Shown: positions 61,691-64,000 of the stretch, piece after piece
How positions within the stretch are numbered: the first letter of the stretch is position 1
Layout of the letters: each line of letters opens with the position of its first letter
Source of the DNA: Raja brachyura
Taxonomy: Eukaryota
DNA length: 64,000 nt
Assembly: GCA_963514005.1 (NCBI GenBank)
Contig: OY740809.1
Coordinates: 20,708,001 to 20,772,000 of the forward strand
Reading direction: 5' to 3'
Made by a program: the position numbers and the translations under genes
The notes under the pieces: model-generated
Database searches by the model: none
The model's input: the letters and a program-made list of their open reading frames with translations, nothing else
What the model was told of the DNA's origin: nothing

Positions 61691-63292
61691 CGGCAGATCG
61701 TTTTTGTTTTGTTGCCTATCTCAAAAGTCAGTTAGTATGTGGCCTGTAATGTGCCCATCCTGAAGTTAATCCTGGATATTAATAAATGGCATATGTTGAA
61801 TTACAAATGGATCAATGTGTGGCGTCCTGGATAAGCGCCCTTGACAAAGCTTGCTGCTTTCTGTTCAATTTCAAATGCATACTGCTGGAGTGTGTGTTTG
61901 TGTGAGTGTGTGTCCACATGTCTCATGGCAGAAAGGATTGTAAACTTGTATACACACCAGTTCAATTAATGTGTGCTTCTGGGATGAATGATAAAGCTAT
62001 GGCAGCATCAGGTGAAAAATAACATTGTGTGCTGTTGTCAAGTTTTATTTGCAATAGGATTTGCGACCTAGACGTGGATTTATGAAAACTATCATTCTCA
62101 TCTGCCTTTTGCTGAGTGTGTCCCAGTTCTTGCTCCTTTGATAACACTTTCCATATGGTATGAAGTGAGTTGTGATTCCCGGACATCTCCTAATCCGCAT
62201 CATTCTCCACTGAAAATTGGTGGGAAGCTAAATAGAAGTTCAGCTGGGTTTTCCTCTAAACGTCTGCCAGGTTTACAGTGGACAATCAGGAAACCCTCCA
62301 AGGATATTCCCTCGTGCACAAGACATGGAATGATTGTAAATTAAGTCAGTTGTTTGGCATGCAGATGTGGCAGTATTTGAGCGAGTTGCTCAAATTTGTA
62401 CTTTAAAACCCATATGTTATATGAAGTGTAAACTGAAAAGGAGCTGTGACTTGTTTTCTCTTCCCTTCATCTGTTTTTCCTGCTTCTGATATCCTGTTTT
62501 TATTTCTCATTGAAATTGTCAGCCTTGGTATATTGATAGCATACCTCCTGTTGGGATTTCAAGGATTCAAGCTCCATTCTGGTTCCTGAGCATAGATACT
62601 AGCTTAATGCGTAGATTTGTTTAACATTGGATAGTAGTCTTTTGTATAGAATAGTGAACCAATTTGTTGTTGTGTTTCCGAACATTGCACCAGTGACTTC
62701 CCTTTAAGGCAGGCATATTTTATTTCTTACCAGTTATACTGGAGATGGAATTGTGTAAGATACTGTTGTAAAATGTATTTATTTGTACTATAATTTTTCA
62801 CTATTATTTTTGAAAAATGCAATCTTTAAACAAATTACCAGAAAGTAGTCAATGTATCAAAATTTGCCTAATTATGAACGAATAGTGATGGAAATGTATT
62901 GGTAGTGCATGTTGTTACTACTCCGTTCGGTTCAACTGGTGCCATAATTAGCTTTTTAAGTGAAATTTTATTTTATTTATAGTCTAAATTCTGGAAGCAA
63001 TTGCGCATGGCCGAGGACCAATGTAGGAAAAACTTTTAAATCTTTTGCATAGTTTGGAGCGGAACTGGAAGATGATAGTTGAAAGGAAATAATAGTTTTA
63101 TTTGCACTTCCTTTTCAGGATTTCCAGTTGATGCCATTATGGGTGCAAATTATTTACTGAACTATAACCTTAACTAACTTGTTAAACTATAATAATCATA
63201 AAATGTGGGATTGATTTCAAATATTAAAACGGTATTGAACAACATTTTAACCCATGTAACAATAAATTAATAATAGGGCGCTATTTCAACTA

Positions 63293-63525
63293 TTTACACC
63301 AAAGATAGACATACAATGCTGGAGTAACTCAGCGGGACAGACAGCATCTCTGGGCACAAGGAATGGGTGACATTTCAGGTCGAGACCCTTCTTCAGACTG
63401 AGAGGATCTTGAAAGAGGAAGGGGTCATGACCTGAAACATCACCCATTCCTTATATCCAGAGGTGCTGAGTTACTCCAGCATTTTGTGTCTATCTTCAGT
63501 GTAAACCAGCATCTTCAGTTCCTAC
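63293..63525. mobile_element. Inverted-pair Penelope-type hammerhead element
   Basis: Arms tttacaccaaagatagacatacaatgctggagtaactcagc / gctgagttactccagcattttgtgtctatcttcagtgtaaa. Confidence 0.85.
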
Positions 63526-63577
63526 TGCTATTTCTATTAGCTCAGGTATATTTTTCCCTACATATTTACAGCAATTG

Positions 63578-64000
63578 CAGGGCTCGAAATTAGCGGTTGC
63601 CCGGGTGCCAATGACCTCTCAAAGCGCCGCCGGGCAACCTAAACGCAGAGTCATTTTGCCCGGCTTGGCAACCAGATACTGGTTTGTACCGAAGATAGAC
63701 ACAAAAAACTGGAGTAACTCTGTGGGTCAGGCAGCATCTCTGGAGAAAAGGAACGCGACATTTCGTGTCGGCAACGGCTGTGCGGGGCAAAGATACTAGA
63801 TGCGGGGTGAGGAAGGGTCGGAGCGAATGACGGGCCCCGAACAGCGGCAACGGCTCCATCTCCTCCTCCTCCCGCACCCCGCCCGGCCTGATAGCGGCCT
63901 CTGCTTGTAAACCCACTAACGGGGCTTTCAAAACAAACCCTCCCCCCCCCCCCCCCCCGAACGCCGAGGCCTCCTCCTCCCGGCCTCGGCGTGTGGGTGG
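63578..64000 (+). mobile_element. GC-rich element with a hAT-like terminus, containing a Penelope-type repeat (about 63676-63770); runs off the window
   Basis: Abrupt GC shift starting CAGGGCTCGAAATT; the other end is not visible. Confidence 0.45.

Noticed and set aside
63770-64000. CpG-rich end as a gene promoter
   Set aside because: GC richness begins at an apparent transposon terminus (63578); a promoter cannot be supported without downstream sequence.

Overview
Eukaryotic, AT-rich, gene-poor intergenic or intronic DNA. The repeat content (HE1-like tRNA SINEs, HER1/CR1-like LINE 3' ends, Penelope-type terminal repeats) resembles a cartilaginous fish such as a skate or ray; this is an inference. 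No complete host gene is present. The only candidate is a last coding exon plus AT-rich 3' UTR at the left edge, which I cannot name. The window is dominated by mobile-element relics: CR1/HER1, Rex1/Babar-type, RTE, L1 and older CR1/L2-group LINE fragments, SINEs, a decayed IR/DR Tc1 transposon, a non-autonomous Helitron, PIF/Harbinger-like MITEs and a decayed Gypsy pol. The most notable signals are two self-cleaving RNA motifs. (1) A 130-bp TSD-flanked SINE-like element (19653-19782, minus strand) begins at G1 of a CPEB3/HDV-like ribozyme fold with almost no P4. (2) More than 20 short Penelope-derived repeats are present; several retain the minimal hammerhead core, and many form inverted pairs with 9-17 bp TSDs. 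Boundaries of old elements are approximate and family names come from motif recognition, not database searches.
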